Shown here one piece after another: positions 12,432 to 26,178 of a DNA stretch of 64,000 nucleotides. The DNA is from Eremomyces bilateralis CBS 781.70 (taxonomy: Eukaryota). A program made the translations under genes and the position numbers. The stretch lies in assembly GCA_010015585.1 (NCBI GenBank), contig ML975149.1; one strand, given 5' to 3'. Positions within the stretch are counted from its first letter, which is position 1. Each line of letters begins with the position of its first letter. The notes beneath the pieces are model-generated. The model made no database searches and was not told where the DNA came from. It saw only the letters and a program-made list of their open reading frames with translations.

Positions 12432-13056
12432 AATCCACTCTAGCCTCGATTGTGGTAGACGCCTCGAATTACAGCATGATAGGAGCATTGGTTTATATAA
12501 GTTCCCGGCAAGAAGCCGTTTGAGGCTCTTGGATCAAGTTGTCAATACTATATCATTACATAAGATACATCGGAGTTCTCGAAAACCTGAGCTATTGATG
12601 GACCATGATCTCGTGGGTGAAGAAAAGATGGAAAGACTGGAGATGTTTAGGGGGCGATGCAAGATGAAACAAAGCATCGCAAGCTGGTGGAGTTCACGTG
12701 TTCCTGCATTAGCCACCCCTGTCGATCATCTCGAATCGGTTGCTCTGATTCGTCGACCCAGCCAGCCCTTCAACCTCAGGCCATAAGGTGTCTCCGGACA
12801 TTAAAACATTGAATCATCATCTCCAGTTCTCTTCGCCTTCACCCTTTCGACTGACGACGTACAATCTCATCACTGGCTACAATCTTTATTGTTTGCCTTC
12901 GTAATTCCGTCCGTCCGTTTGGAAGATTCAGTCCTCTCCACAGTCCTTCCATCGCTCTTTTAATACCCCAATCCTTCCTTTTTCTTTCCCATTTCCTGTC
13001 CCTCGCTCCATCCCCTTTTCCTGTCCTCTCCTGTGCCAACCCTTGGATCACGAACC

Positions 13057-14029
13057 ATGCATTTCTCTACCCTCATTTCTGTGGCTCTGGCCGCAGCTCC
13101 TGCGGCCGTTTCAGCTGCGGGAACCCTCGGTTTTGCGTTAGGGACTAAGAACCCCGACGGCTCGTGCAAAAGTCAATCGGAGTACGAATCCGACATGGAC
13201 GCCATCGTCGCCGCATCCGGCAGCACCCTCGTCCGCGGGTACGCCGCTAGCGACTGCAACGCCGCTCAGAACATCCTTCCCGCTGCGAAGGAGAAGGGAT
13301 TCAAGGTCGTCCTCGGCATATGGCCGGACGTCGAGGAGTCGTTCACCAAAGACACCGAGGCCGTCAAGGAGTACGGAACCAAGTACGAGGACCAGGTCTA
13401 CGCCATCACGGTGGGCTCGGAGACTCTGTACCGTGGCAACTTCACCGGCGCGGAACTTCTCGAGAAGATCCAGACCGTCAAGAAGATCATGCCGAACACC
13501 AAGGTCGGCACCGCCGACTCCTGGAACAAGTACGCCGATGGCACCGCCGACGACGTGATCCGAGGCAAACCCGACATTCTGTACGTCTCCATTTCCCCGA
13601 CCCCCCAAACGTATTGATCACACTAACACCACGCGTCACAGCCTCATCAACGCGTTTGGCTACTGGCAAGGCCAACCCATCGATAACGCCACCCACACCT
13701 ACTTCGACGACATGATGCAAGCCATCACGCACATCCAATCTGTCGCCGGCGACACCGACTCCATCGAGATCTGGAACGGCGAGACCGGCTGGCCCACCGA
13801 CGGCGGCAGCGACTACGGCGCCGCGTCCGCCGGCACCGACAACGCGGCCACCTACTACAGCGAGGGCGTGTGCGGCATGCTGGCGTGGGGCGTCAACGTG
13901 TTCTACTTCGAGGCGTTCGACGAGCCGTGGAAGCCGCATACTGTTGGCGACAGCGGGAACGCGGCCGACGAGACGAAGTGGGGGGCGATGGGCGCGGATC
14001 GGAAGACCAAGTTCGATTTGAAGTGTTAA
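13057..14029 (+). CDS. BGL2: GH17 beta-1,3-glucanase/glucanosyltransferase (Bgl2/Bgt1-like)
   Basis: Signal peptide, then VGSETLYR, GTADSWN, GETGWPT and FEAFDEPWK. Intron 13581-13641. Confidence 0.9.
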
Positions 14030-14554
14030 GTTTAGCATACTGCATTTCCTAGAGTGAGGGGCGAGGATGTGGTGAGTGTCGGACGTGATGGTATACATTG
14101 GCCGATTGCTGGAAGCCGGATTGGCTCCCACGGTTTTGCATAGACGGATATCAAAGATTTAGGCGTACACTATCAGGGCTTTGGATTTGATTCGGCTTGG
14201 AAGAGCGTGTAAAGAGTAGAGCTGCCTTTGTGGCGCAAAGTAATTGGACGAAATAATTCAATTCTTGCTGATCTCTATCAATCGTCAGCAGTAGATCATC
14301 GGAGTGTCACGGTCACTGTCACCTGTGACTATAGTTTGGTCATGTGCAAAGTAGAGTGATCTTCAATCTTCTCCGAGTGACACTGCATTCCATTCAAGAT
14401 TGATGCGGGCTAGCACGACCAACACAGGCGATTGCTTCACAGAGAGGAACGAATCTACAGCACGATTGACCAGTTAAGCATCGGACGGAGTTGAATTCAT
14501 TTCATCATCAAGCTAAAAGCAAACAACGCCTGGGTATCTTCCCACAAATCAAAT

Positions 14555-16312
14555 CTACGCCTGCTCGGCGCCCCTCTTGCCCTCAGTTGGCTCTCGCTCG
14601 CCCTTCTTCGACAGCCTGAGCCGCCTCGCCTTCTCTAGCTCCTCCGCGAACTTGCTTTCCAACCGCAGATTCGGTCCCTTGTGGTAGAAGATGTAGATCG
14701 GAATGGTGACCGGGATCGCGATGGCAGCCAGGATGATGGTCGGCAAGCTGAGCGTCCACCTCGGATACGTGTCGATGTTTCGATAGAATGGGTGGGCGTA
14801 GAGACCAGCGATACCTGCGAGCAAGTCCCGTGCGAAGTCGTTCCCTCCTGTAGCTGACGCCGCATACGGTCCGTATGCCGCCATCATGTAGTCAATAGTT
14901 GACTTGTAGATGGCGTAGTTGGACATGCCAACGAGCCCGTTGAAGAGCAGAGGGGCGATCCAGGGGGTGTTTGGCGGGCCGAGCGACGTGAAGGCGAACC
15001 CGAGCAGTCCGAGGAACAGTCCAGGAGCCACTGGAAGATGGTCAGCTGCAGGCATCGAAGGCGAGAGAAGGACAGCACATACGGAAGAGGAGGAACCACA
15101 GCCGTGATTCCGGAGACATCGAATCAGGATCATGTGCGCGCTTCTTGTTGTGATGCCAGATCACAGGAAGGTAGCAGAGGTACGCGATGAAATAACCGAC
15201 CAACGACCTGTGCGAAACGTCAGTGATGCCAAACCCGAAATGCAGAGGAACGCATACGAGAGGAAGCAGAGTCCTCTCTGCCAGGGCTCGAACCCCCACT
15301 GGTCGAATATGGGACCGAAGGCCTCCATAAATGTGAAGATCAGGGAGTCACTAAATCCACTGAGCAAGGAAAGCCAGAGGACAATGGGCTCCGTCAACAA
15401 CATTTCGAACGGCCTCCACCAAATGCGTAGGATCTCTCGGAAACTAAACCGATGTTCCTTGAGCTCATTCGGCCCATACACGTTGGGGTCCTTGCCCGAC
15501 TTCCTCCGCCGCCGCGCCTCGTGGTCAAGAATGACCGTCGCTCTCGTCTCCGGCACTAGGAAGAAATGTGCAATCTGCACCACCCCACCCATGATGAGCA
15601 ACACCCAGAAGATCCACGAGGGGTCGTCCTCGTGTAGGTCGAAAACGAAGCCCCCGATCATGGCACCAAGAGGCGCGCCACCGACGCTGCTCAGCACGAC
15701 GAACGCCACCGCGTATTGGAATCCGCTGTCTTCCGGGTGGTATATGTCCGCGATGACACCGAGGGTGACGGATCCTCCAGCCGTGCTCAGGCCGCCAAGG
15801 ATGCGGCCCGTCAGGACACCGCCGAAGGTTGGGCTGAGGGCGCAGAGAATCTGCCACATGTTGACCAGGAAGAGCGAGAGCTGCTGGGTCGGCCATCTTC
15901 CAATCTCCTCGGACCAGGGAGCCCACAACTCGCAACCGAAGGCATAAGCAATCAGGAACATCGACTGCCCCAGACGCGATTTTGTCTGCGAAATGTCGTA
16001 TCTGTCCGCGATGCCTTCCATGGCCCACCCGTACATCGAGGCATTCGAGTTAATCGAAATCTGGATGCACAGGATGGTGATAAGGATCATCACTTTCTTC
16101 CACTTAGGAAAGGCGTAGCCAAGCTGGCTCGCGGCGTCGTCTTCCGTGAGTTCGACTTTGCCATCTTCCCGTTCGGGCCGTTGGTTCTCGCCACCTTGGG
16201 CTGCGAGCTCATGTCCCGGAAGTCCCAAAGCTTCATGTTTCTGCTGCCCCTGACGGGCCGAAGTCCGAGAGGTGCGACGGCACCATGATCCGATGTTGAA
16301 GAGATGTGACAT
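14555..16312 (-). CDS. MFS multidrug transporter (DHA1-like)
   Basis: Contains WAPWSEEIGR, GRILGG, VPETR, RPFEMLLTEP and SATGGNDFARD. Two introns, near 15075 and 15230. Confidence 0.9.
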
Positions 16313-17714
16313 CGCGGATCAGAACTTTGTGTCAACTGCCGAGAATGTTTCTCATAGTAGACAAGCGAGACTTGAAGAAAAACAAGATTAAAAATGGATT
16401 GAAGATGAGATAGAATCAAGATGACGATGCACGGAAAGTCGAACAAATCAGACGAGATCGAGCCTTTTTTGTTTTTTAGGCTTTGATCCGCAGTTTCCCG
16501 TAAACATACTACCTTTGGAGTGTCATTAAGAGGGTCCGACTTCAATGCATACAGTGGTGGGCTATGGTCGTCCAAAAAGGCCATCATAACCCTACGGGCA
16601 AAGGCGGACCTGCTTCAAGGCGTCATATTTTGAGTAGTACATCGTAACGATGGATTGGGGACGGAAAGGTGGTGCGCATCGATCTCACGATGCAAGCCTC
16701 ATGGTGAGTTTCTCCTTTTGAGAGTGAGGTCATACTTCTATGGATACGTCATACCCCGGATCCCTCCACGCTCTGTCCGTGAGCGACATGAAGAGAATAC
16801 CAACACTCCGTGGGGACAACGAAGAATGCGACGATGGCAGACGAGACTTGAGACCATTGGGAAGTGTTTGGGCTAGATTGCTACCGCTGTGGGCGTGACT
16901 TGTGGTGTCACTTCATGGTTCCCCAAGCGTGAGAACATGTCATCGTGACGTCTTGAGTGGTGCATAGGAAAGAACTCCAAATTGGATCGCACTTCGTCAA
17001 TTACTCCATCGGAGCAATTGTGATCGTTATACGTCCCAGAGGGGAGAGAGGTGTATGGGCACTTGGGAGAACCAGTATACTACTCGAAGTTAGAAAGCAA
17101 TAATGTAGTATATCTCATAGTGGCCTGAATCTTAAATGTGCAAACATGTCTGATATATCGTTAGGCATTATAATTGAAAAGGGACGCAAAGTTATCAGTT
17201 TCTCTTAGCTCCAAAGCCAAGTTAGACGACAAGTCTCACGACCATGCCGGGAGACGGCGGATATTTGAAGGCGGTCAGCCCGACATCACGCCGCAGTTCA
17301 ATTTCGGGAAACAACTTAAGAAAGAAAAATCAACAAAACCAAACAGAAATTGCAGTACCGCACAGGGAATCCAATAAGAAATGTTTCAGAAATGGCAAGC
17401 TCCGCAGTGTGCCAACAAACGAAGGGTCGAGGCCGACAATTTGTCTCGTGATTGTCCAGTTTGAAAGACCCTCTCTTCAGAGAGGGGGGAACAGAGCTGA
17501 GGAATGCGGAGTGAAATCTCCAAAGGACCACAATTTACCCCATGGAGGGGCCAGAGTTCGTATGATATCAGGCGATGCCTTCACATCGTCAGCATTTTGC
17601 GCTTGGTCGCGTTCTAGATCGCGACGTGACTCACCTGCGTGAATCGTATAGTGAGCCGCATCCTGCGGCTTGGCCTCCGATAATCACTGATCGCAGGACG
17701 AATGGCCGCGGGGT

Positions 17715-18918
17715 TTAGTCAGGTACTTGACCGGCGCCACCAATGGGGATTATAGGCTGGTTCACTGCGTTGAAGTTCGCGAAGAGGCGAGAGTGATAGC
17801 TATGATGCACCTCGCCAAACTCGAACACCTTGACATTGTGTTCCACGGTGAATATCTTGTTGTAGTTAATCCGTGATATCTTGTCCAATTTGTCACTGCG
17901 AGTTCTAGCAGTTACGCGAATTGGTTTTCTCATCGGCTCTTCGCCTCTGACAGCGTTCTCGCCGGGTAAAGGGGAAGGTGGCACTTCTCCAGTATGGATA
18001 ATTGCATGATCGCTCTTTCTCGTTCCCCATTTCGTAAGTCCTCGTCTTTCATATGTCTGGATAGGCCTGTGATATTGATGAGCACTCCAATTGGTATCGG
18101 GTTAGTTGGCTGAGGGGCACTGACAAACATTGGCAGGATCGGTACCCTTCACGGATAACAGTGAAATACCGGATCTTTTGATACGGGGTGTGACCCGTCC
18201 CCGTAACCGTGGAGGCTGGTCCCGACTCCTTTGAAGTATCCGGCTCAGACCACAAGACCTTGAACACCTTGACTGCAAGGTCAATTGATGCCGAAATTAC
18301 CATGAAGAGGAGCTCAAATACCTTGCCGGGGACAAAGAAGCTGGAATTCCGGACTCTGAACCCTGCTTAAAGTCAGATAAAGATAGGAATAGAATTACCG
18401 AGTACTGCGTACGGTTATCCGAATTTTCATATTCTCCTAATGTTCCTCTTACGACTCGCTCTTGACCTGAACTGCGTGTTTGTTGAGGGGACCGGGAATT
18501 GCTGGATTCTGCACCACTAAGTGGAAAGACACTGGATGTAGGCGAGGTCGTCGCTCGTGCCGCGGTAAAGGTTGGATGAATTTCTGGGGATTGATGTTAG
18601 TGGAAGTCCCATGTTTAACACAGGTATCTGATGAAGCTTCAGCGTACGCTCTGCAGTGCCACTATCAACCCTGCCATGAGCTTGAGGCGTCATCTCGCTC
18701 CCCTCTTCCTCTCCCTCATCCTCCTCACTCTCCTCCTCATCCTCATCATTGCTTCTTATCCGCAGCCAATAGCGGTATTCTTCCGAGTACTCGTACCGCT
18801 CATTTGGCTCTTTGGGATATCGTGTACCGTCGGGCGCAGCAAACATTCCTTCTTCGGCCATCCAATACACGAAAACCCCCAGGACGCCGTCCCAGATTGC
18901 CTGCGGGGGTTCAGCCAT
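17715..18918 (-). CDS. DUF6590-like fungal protein
   Basis: Four GT-AG introns join the fragments in frame: MAEPPQAIWD...acidic tract...FFVPGK|VFKVLWSEP...YQKIRYFTVIREGYRSCQCL|PIQTYERRG...HAIIHTG...SRINYNKIFTVEHNVKVFEFGEV. Family assigned from remembered motifs. Confidence 0.78.
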
Positions 18919-19988
18919 TCCCCTTGAATGTTCATACCGTGGTCCAGCAGCGTGCTGCGTAAACAGACACGTCAGTTCACCTGCTTATGTACTACATAGT
19001 AGTTGCGGCTCTGCGCATCCCCCCCATCAATGAGGGGACGACAAGAAGATTATCCATCACATTTCCGTTCCGATGAGACTAGGATCTAGGAGGTTTGACA
19101 CCTAAAGTAATGAGGTGCATATGTCCATGTGACACTCATTGGAGCTGGGGGAGCAGGGAAGCCGGGGAAACGCGAGTGGCATGGCCTGTCGTGCAGCTAC
19201 CCGCAGGGTCTTCTATGGTCGCGTCAAATGGATGTCGCATGAGAGTGCTTGAAGGATGAGCCCAGGGCTAGGGAATAATATGCGGAATGACTCTCTACCG
19301 TTCGATAATGGAGGGTAGAAGTCAGACTCGTCTGCGACTCTGCGTAATTCTCCTCAAGTCGCAGAAGCATCCCATCCGGCATTTCCCCCATGCAGAGTAG
19401 CCAATCGGACTGATGGAGGGTTGGTTGTCTCGTAAGTGTGTGTGACTGTGACGACGTGGAAATTAGCAAAATACCACAGGTAACGGATATTGGTTATTAC
19501 CTATCATATTAGTAGGAACTATGGAATAAGAAATACCTAACTAGTTAAGGCAACTTTGACTTGCCAGGTGGATGGTAAGCTACTGTACGGCCCGTTACAG
19601 AGGGACTCTCCCGCTGCAGAAGCCTTTTTCGCCCCGCACGCCACCACGAGTGATCTGAGTGATGACTTGAGTAATGAGTGGTAAGTGATGACTGCCGAAT
19701 CAACGACATCCAACAAAGCCCGGGTCGGTTGGTCACCTGTGGACATTGAGAGCGCCAGAAAAAGCACGTTTGTCTCTCCACCGCAAGGGGGTCCTGTGAG
19801 TCCCAACTGGATGGCCACCACCCACCGGCCAACAAGCAAGGCGACCAGAACAGTCCAGTGCGGCTCAAATCCCCTTCGTAGCCCGCTCGTGTAAGACCTT
19901 TTGCTCGCCCTTGTTAAGATTTAACAGGGCGAGACCAAAAAACCAGCAGCCTAACAATAACTCCTTTTTCGTTCTCCTACCTAATATC

Positions 19989-21775
19989 ATGTCGTGGCTA
20001 AAGCGTCCGCCGCGGTATGTCCACTTACATGCAGTCTTTTGTTAGGCGTGCAATACTATTTTCTGATGGTCCTCTTCTTTTTTGAATGCCAGATATATGA
20101 TGATGGCTGAGGCTCCCTGGAAGAAACTCGATGGAAATGTAGGGCAGACTTATTTGTCCGAGCCGCAACGGTGAAACCAAGCGTGCGTGGTCTTCTCTGT
20201 TCACGAGAGTCTAACAAGCGCAGGAGAAAAATATCATCGATATCAGCGAAGTCGATGGGTCCACAGATTATTCAAGACCGATCCTATACTTCATTACACA
20301 ATCCGAGGACACCAAGAGACGATCTGGCCTTTGCAGGGCAAGGCAGTGCACCACCCTCGCCTCTATATTCGAGTGCAGATCATGCGCACGATACCTTCCC
20401 ACAACCTCCCGCGAGAGCAGAGATTATTGCCGGCAATATGTCATCTCCGGAGGGGCCACATCCGACCGGCGAACTCCACGAAAATTGGCTCGGAAACAAG
20501 TTGACCGCGTCGCAACGCAGATCCATCCTACAGAAGCACGGCAACGTGGCCAACCTCATCCAAAATGTGCTGGGGTTCCGGGTGGAAGTGGACACCCAAT
20601 ATGCCGTCCTCGGCGGATACAGGAAAAGTGCTATAGAAGCATTTGCACGACTTCACGCGGCGCAAAAACGCGTGTATTCGGAAGGCGGGTTCAAGGCGGA
20701 GAAGAAGAACCTCGATCGGATGTTTCAGCAGGCGGACGAAGAATACAAAGTCCTGCAGATGATGGAGGAGAAGCAGCTTCAACGCGTCGAAGAGCTAGGT
20801 CGCATCGAATTCAAGCTGTCGGAGCGCGAACGCGCCGCTCAGAATCTTCTGGAAGGGCTTCTTGCCGCCGAGGACGACTACGCACTAATCTCATCCATTC
20901 TACTAAACGACGACAACTCCAATAAATCCGACCTAACGGAGTACGCCGAACCCGACCCGCAGTTGGTCCTTGACTTCTACGATCGATCCGGTGATATTGG
21001 CATCTATCGAGATCGGCTGCATAACCTCGACTACGAGCATCTCCGCGAAAAGGGGTTACGACACGCTCGGAGCAGCCGTGGTGAGCCGGTCGACCCTCTC
21101 GATGATCTATTCTTCGAGGAATATTTCCGCGACAGGAGAGAGATAGTGCTGGATCTCACGCAAGCAAGAGCGGACGCCCGCATTTTGAAGCAGCAGTGCA
21201 AAGAGAGAGGGTACCAGTTAGACGGGGGGTCGAGCGTGTCCGAGGGATCCAGTCCGCTGGATCAGTCGAGGCGGGACCATGGGCCTCAACGGTATAAATA
21301 TGCCATGTTCCACGATGGACCGTACAGCGGAGTGTACCCTCTAGAAGCCCTATTATTCGGCCCTGTCAACAAGCAAAAGATCATCGAAGCTTGGCTGCGT
21401 GGTGTCCGCGTATCCGCTCGACCTCAGGCCCTTCGACATCACATCCGACGTAGTACCTCCCCTCGCGAGAACTCGGGAACCGACCTACGGAAAGTCGAGT
21501 CGGCGGAGGACGATCGATTGGACTCGAAGTCAGATATGGATGCGATCCGTGACGCGGTCGATCGAGTGTCGGCGGCGGAGAAGAAGAGTTGGCCGCAACC
21601 GGCGGGTCAAATGGCCTGGCAACCGGAAGCAATCAAGCATCGGTACTCATTTGGAAGCCTACCCAGCCTTGAGAACCAAGTAGAGGAAGGGAGGAGGAAG
21701 AAATTTTCTAAGTCGTTGTCGTCTGTTATAGGGCCAGAGAATCGGCACAAGAATGTTTATCAGTACTCATCCTAA
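19989..21775 (+). CDS. Hypothetical helical/coiled-coil fungal protein
   Basis: The 534-aa ORF extends in frame to ATG 19989 via introns 20015-20092 and 20171-20223 (CTAAC branch point). No recognisable catalytic motif. Confidence 0.75.
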
Positions 21776-22369
21776 GAGCAGGAGTTCACTTGATATGGCG
21801 TTCTATCATTCGGTTGTGGAGATTTAGCAGTGGCGCTTATGGCTTGGACAGGTTGGATTAGACGTCATTGTTATTTTGTAAGATTGAAAGAAGGCTTGCG
21901 TCGTCGAAGCACCATTATGGTCTCTGATTCTGTGATTCTTATTCTTCTCACTGCTGCACCGCTGTCCCAAACCCAGAAGCTCGTGCAAGTTCAGAAACCT
22001 GGTGCTGAAACGATTTGATATCCCACACCCCCAGCCCCCTAAAGTCCTGCTGATGTACACTCATGTCTCTAATCTTCATACACAATATGTGAATTCAGTC
22101 TTGCAGTAGGCTGTTAACTCTCACCAGGATCGATTTCTTGACTTCGCACCTGTTTGTAAGCTCACCCTCCCGTCAGTTGAGAGTCCGAAACCACCAGTGG
22201 TAAAAGAAATTGTTCTTCCTATCCTTCGGTTGCGTGAACTGTTGAGCGGGTTTATGTCGACGGCGCCACCAGTGAGAGATCCCTAGGATCTGGGAAATAT
22301 AAAACTCTTTAGCGTCATCTAAAACCGGCAACAGATCTCCCAATACAGGCACATCCCAAGAGAGTACTC

Positions 22370-22830
22370 ACAAAGTCATAGGTGTTGCATGTGTGACTGC
22401 ATATACGAAAATCAGCAGCGCTGCGTACGGATACTGCAGTCCAAACCCCCAGATACATATTAGAATTGCGGCCAACTCCAGGATATTGCTCTTTAACCTG
22501 TCCTTGACTTTCAAAATCGAAACCAACCAGACCAAACAGGCGATTGTCGTGATAATTGTGGCAGTGGCACCGAAGGCCCAAGCAGTCAAGCTCCTTTTTC
22601 TATCTCCTTCACGTTCATACCGAATATTGATGCGCTGAAAGTAAGCGGAATGAACACGGATGCAAAGCTAGATCAGACGCTTGACACTGCCAGGGACCTC
22701 TAATAATATTGACTTCGGGATTCGACATACGTCTCGTAATGGGGCAATGCGGAAGATGATAGCATCGCGTCTTCTTGGACTTCAAGTTCTTGTTCTTGAA
22801 GTGACATGGAAATCTCTGGAAGCAAGGAAA
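22370..22830 (-). pseudogene. CorA-like (2-TM, GMN) membrane protein relic
   Basis: Reading across frames gives SVKRLI*L / ASVFIPLTFSASIFGMNVKEI / SLTAWAFGATATIITTIACLVW, with GMN at 22613-21. It has an in-frame stop and at least two frameshifts. Bounds approximate. Confidence 0.7.
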
Positions 22831-23183
22831 GGTAGAGATATATTTCACTGGTTTCAACAGTTAGAAATGCTACACCCGCGGTGGTGCGACCATAAATTTC
22901 GCGATCGAAACCATTGTACTCGCCAGTAACAAATCCAGTAGTTATTACAGTGTAATAATATCCTGGACAATCTCCCGTACCACGGGGCGGATGCATCCTG
23001 TGGATAAACACGTCAACACGTTTGCAGTGCACACAGGAGAATCGAAAATTGACAAGAAGTCCACAGACTCACACGGCGGCTAGATGCAAACGATAACCTT
23101 CAAATTTCGACCTTCCGGTCTACAGGCTCTAGGATATGCGTACAAATGGACCTCGCGTATTTTCTCGTCTTTCCCTTCGTGAT

Positions 23184-25302
23184 CTATCCCGCGACCCCTG
23201 GAATCAAACTCTTACCCTTGATACTCTTCCACTCGAACATTAAGCTGCTCAGAAACGCCAAGCCGCCCGTTGCGATCGGCAGGATGTAAGAAGTGGTGAT
23301 GGCCTTATTGTACGCGACCAGGACCTGATCCAGCAGCTGGGGGGCGAATGAATTGACGATTTGTCGTACATTTGTCGCGCCTACGTCGAACAGGATCCGC
23401 GGATCCACGCCGGGCGCGAATCGAGGAACTTCTTTGAGGAGAGAGTTCAGGAAGATGTTTTGGGCGATGGAAATGGAAATCGCTCCACCCAAGCTGTTGA
23501 AGAAGATCGCGGTTGCATCTGTAGAAATATGAGCGACGGATAGGGGGAGGAGAGAGGGCATTGTTCACTTACTGCCAATGGGCATGTCCTTTAGCGGAAG
23601 AACGACTTGAACAGCGATAAAGGGGATCTGGACTGCTGCACCAGCACCGGCACCGGCCAGTATTTGGTACCCAATCCAGATCCCCGCTGGAGAATCCACT
23701 TTGAGAGTGAACAATAATCCGGAACCGATCGTGAATACTATAACATATTAAATAACGCATTGTGGATTATCCAGAGGCCAAGAAAACGTACGCGCTGTTC
23801 CCACCCATAGAAATGGGGTGTAGTAGCCGAGAATGGTCACAGCTCCGCCTACTATGATTGAAGCAATCGTGTTACTCACGAGATACGATATACATCTGAT
23901 CCCGGAGTCTTCTGCGGATGTTCCCTTGATGGCCTGGAAGTAAAAAGGTAGGTAGTATATGTGACTGCATATCATTAGTTCCTAGCAAGTGTGCAAAAGG
24001 AAAACTGCACTCACGTGTATAGTCCCATCGCTAGAAAGCTTGAGAGAAGCGCAGCAGATCGGACGGTCCGCTGTTTCGCAATGATACGCGGTGGAAGGGT
24101 GCCCTCGTCGCCGAGATAGATCTGCAAAGCAATGAAGCAGCTTATGATGAGACCAAATCCAAGTAGACAGCCCCATACTCGAGAATCTTTCCAGGGATGC
24201 GTTGTCCCTCCCCACTGCAGGGCCAGTAGAAGACAAGTAATGGCAGAAATAAGGAGGACGGCACCAAGGATGTCTATTTTCTTGATCTTTTCCTTCACGG
24301 TCATATGAAGGTATTGCCGTTTTGGGTTCTGAAAGAAGAATAAAACGACTGCCACCGCCAGACCTCCAATGGGGAGGTTGATCCAGAAGCACCTAGAAAA
24401 GTTAGTTTGAGTGTCACATAGTCCACCGGGGATGGCAAAAGGGGTTGACCCACCATCTCCATGACGCTCGATCCGTCAGAACTCCGCCGAGGATGGGACC
24501 AACAACAGACGAGATACCAAACATGGCAGAAATGGTGGCGATGTAGATCGCTCGGTGCCGGAGGGCTACACTGTACGCCATGATGTTCATCCCTCCGGAA
24601 AAGATTGCGGCGGCGCCGACTCCTGCGATCGCTCTCCCGATAATGAGCATCGGGGAGTTGCGAGCAGCAGCGCATATGACGGAACCGACTACAAGCAACG
24701 ATTAGCACGAGTAGCCAGTTGAGAAAATCCGAATTACCTTCGAAGATGACAATGGCAGTGATAAACGTATACTTGACGTCAAAGTACGTATAGATCTTGC
24801 CGAATGTCGGTTGCAGACTCGTCGTTGTCAGCAAGTATGAGCTGCCGTACCATCCAACATCCGGTAAGCTATTGAAGTAGGTCGTGATGGCAGGTATGGC
24901 TGTGGCGATGATCGTGTTGTCCAAAGCTATCATGAACGTCGCCGAGCAGAGTCCAGCTGTCAGCAAAATCAGGGGAAGTCCCCTCACGTATCTGCTCGTA
25001 TCCTCTCGATTCGGATCGTCCTCATCTTCGGTTTGATTGACGGGGTCTCTAGAATCGCTATCTTGTTTCTCTGCATCTCCCCTTCCTGACTGTACGATGC
25101 CATTGGCACTACTATTTTGATTATCCGTAACTGCTCTATGAGTTACTGAACCTTCCGAGATTTCTTTCTCAGCGTCTCCATGCTCTTTCTTTTCTGCATC
25201 TAAATGATGTGATGGAAGAGTCGACTTTATCTCGCTGAGCGATGATGTCCCCTGTCCTGGTCCACCTTCGGCTGCTGCCGCTGGCGCCACTTTCTCCTCC
25301 AT
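23184..25302 (-). CDS. MFS DHA2 (14-TM, AflT/toxin-efflux-like) transporter
   Basis: Contains [46 protein letters not shown] and [12 protein letters not shown]. Five introns. Confidence 0.93.
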
Positions 25303-26178
25303 GGGGAGGGCTAGTGTTTGTTTATGATGAGACACTTGAGATCGGACAACGAACTTTTTACAACGAAAGTAAGTCTGGCATTGAGCTAGCTTACAATAGA
25401 AGAACTTGGAGATGAATCTATCTACTTATACAGCCCTGCAAACGTGTCTGTCCGAGTGAAGGATTGTACCTTGGAGCGGCGGGAGATCCATACGGATCTT
25501 TAGCGACCCGAACGCTCTCGGCACCAAGTCTTCTCATGATCTCGCCAAACGCAAGGCATCGACGCATCGTTGAACCGTCTAAGCGAGCCGTTTCCCGGGC
25601 GCTCGATCGTCAACATACTTCGCCTCCTGGGCAGCTCCACAGACAGGGAAGCGGACTCCAACCGACCTGTGCGTGATACAAATCTGGCGGATATCCTCAC
25701 AAGGAGATGCAACCGAAGATCGACGTCGACCAATCACACGCACGAGTGTACGATGGGAGTACGATTCATAGCAGCCTTTCATCTCTGCGAGGCTTTTGCC
25801 AACCCGGTGATACTGGGGAGCCGCAAGGTCAACCGGGAATCGAAAAGATCGATCCATTCACGAAGGCTGCGGAACGAATTCCATACGATACATGTACAGT
25901 TTTAACATTACATCCATCCACCCGAAAAGACTATAGTCGCTGATGGCCCGATCCTTGCCTCTCCTATTCCATTGCCAGCTGTTGTCCTTCTCCTGCAGTT
26001 CACATCTTCAAGTCTCAGCAGTTCCTCCTGTTTGCGACTCTTTTTGTTGACTGCCACGACCCCTCGTCTATATCAGGTCGTTTTCTTCGATTGAAATTCA
26101 TCTTTAGCAATTTATTAGTGCTCCATCTTCCAAGTCCGAAAGACCGTGAACTTACCTGAAGTCAGACTCGTCGTTTGC

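Noticed and set aside
14555..25302. Secondary metabolite cluster around the two MFS pumps
   Set aside because: No PKS, NRPS, terpene synthase, tailoring enzyme or Zn2Cys6 regulator nearby.
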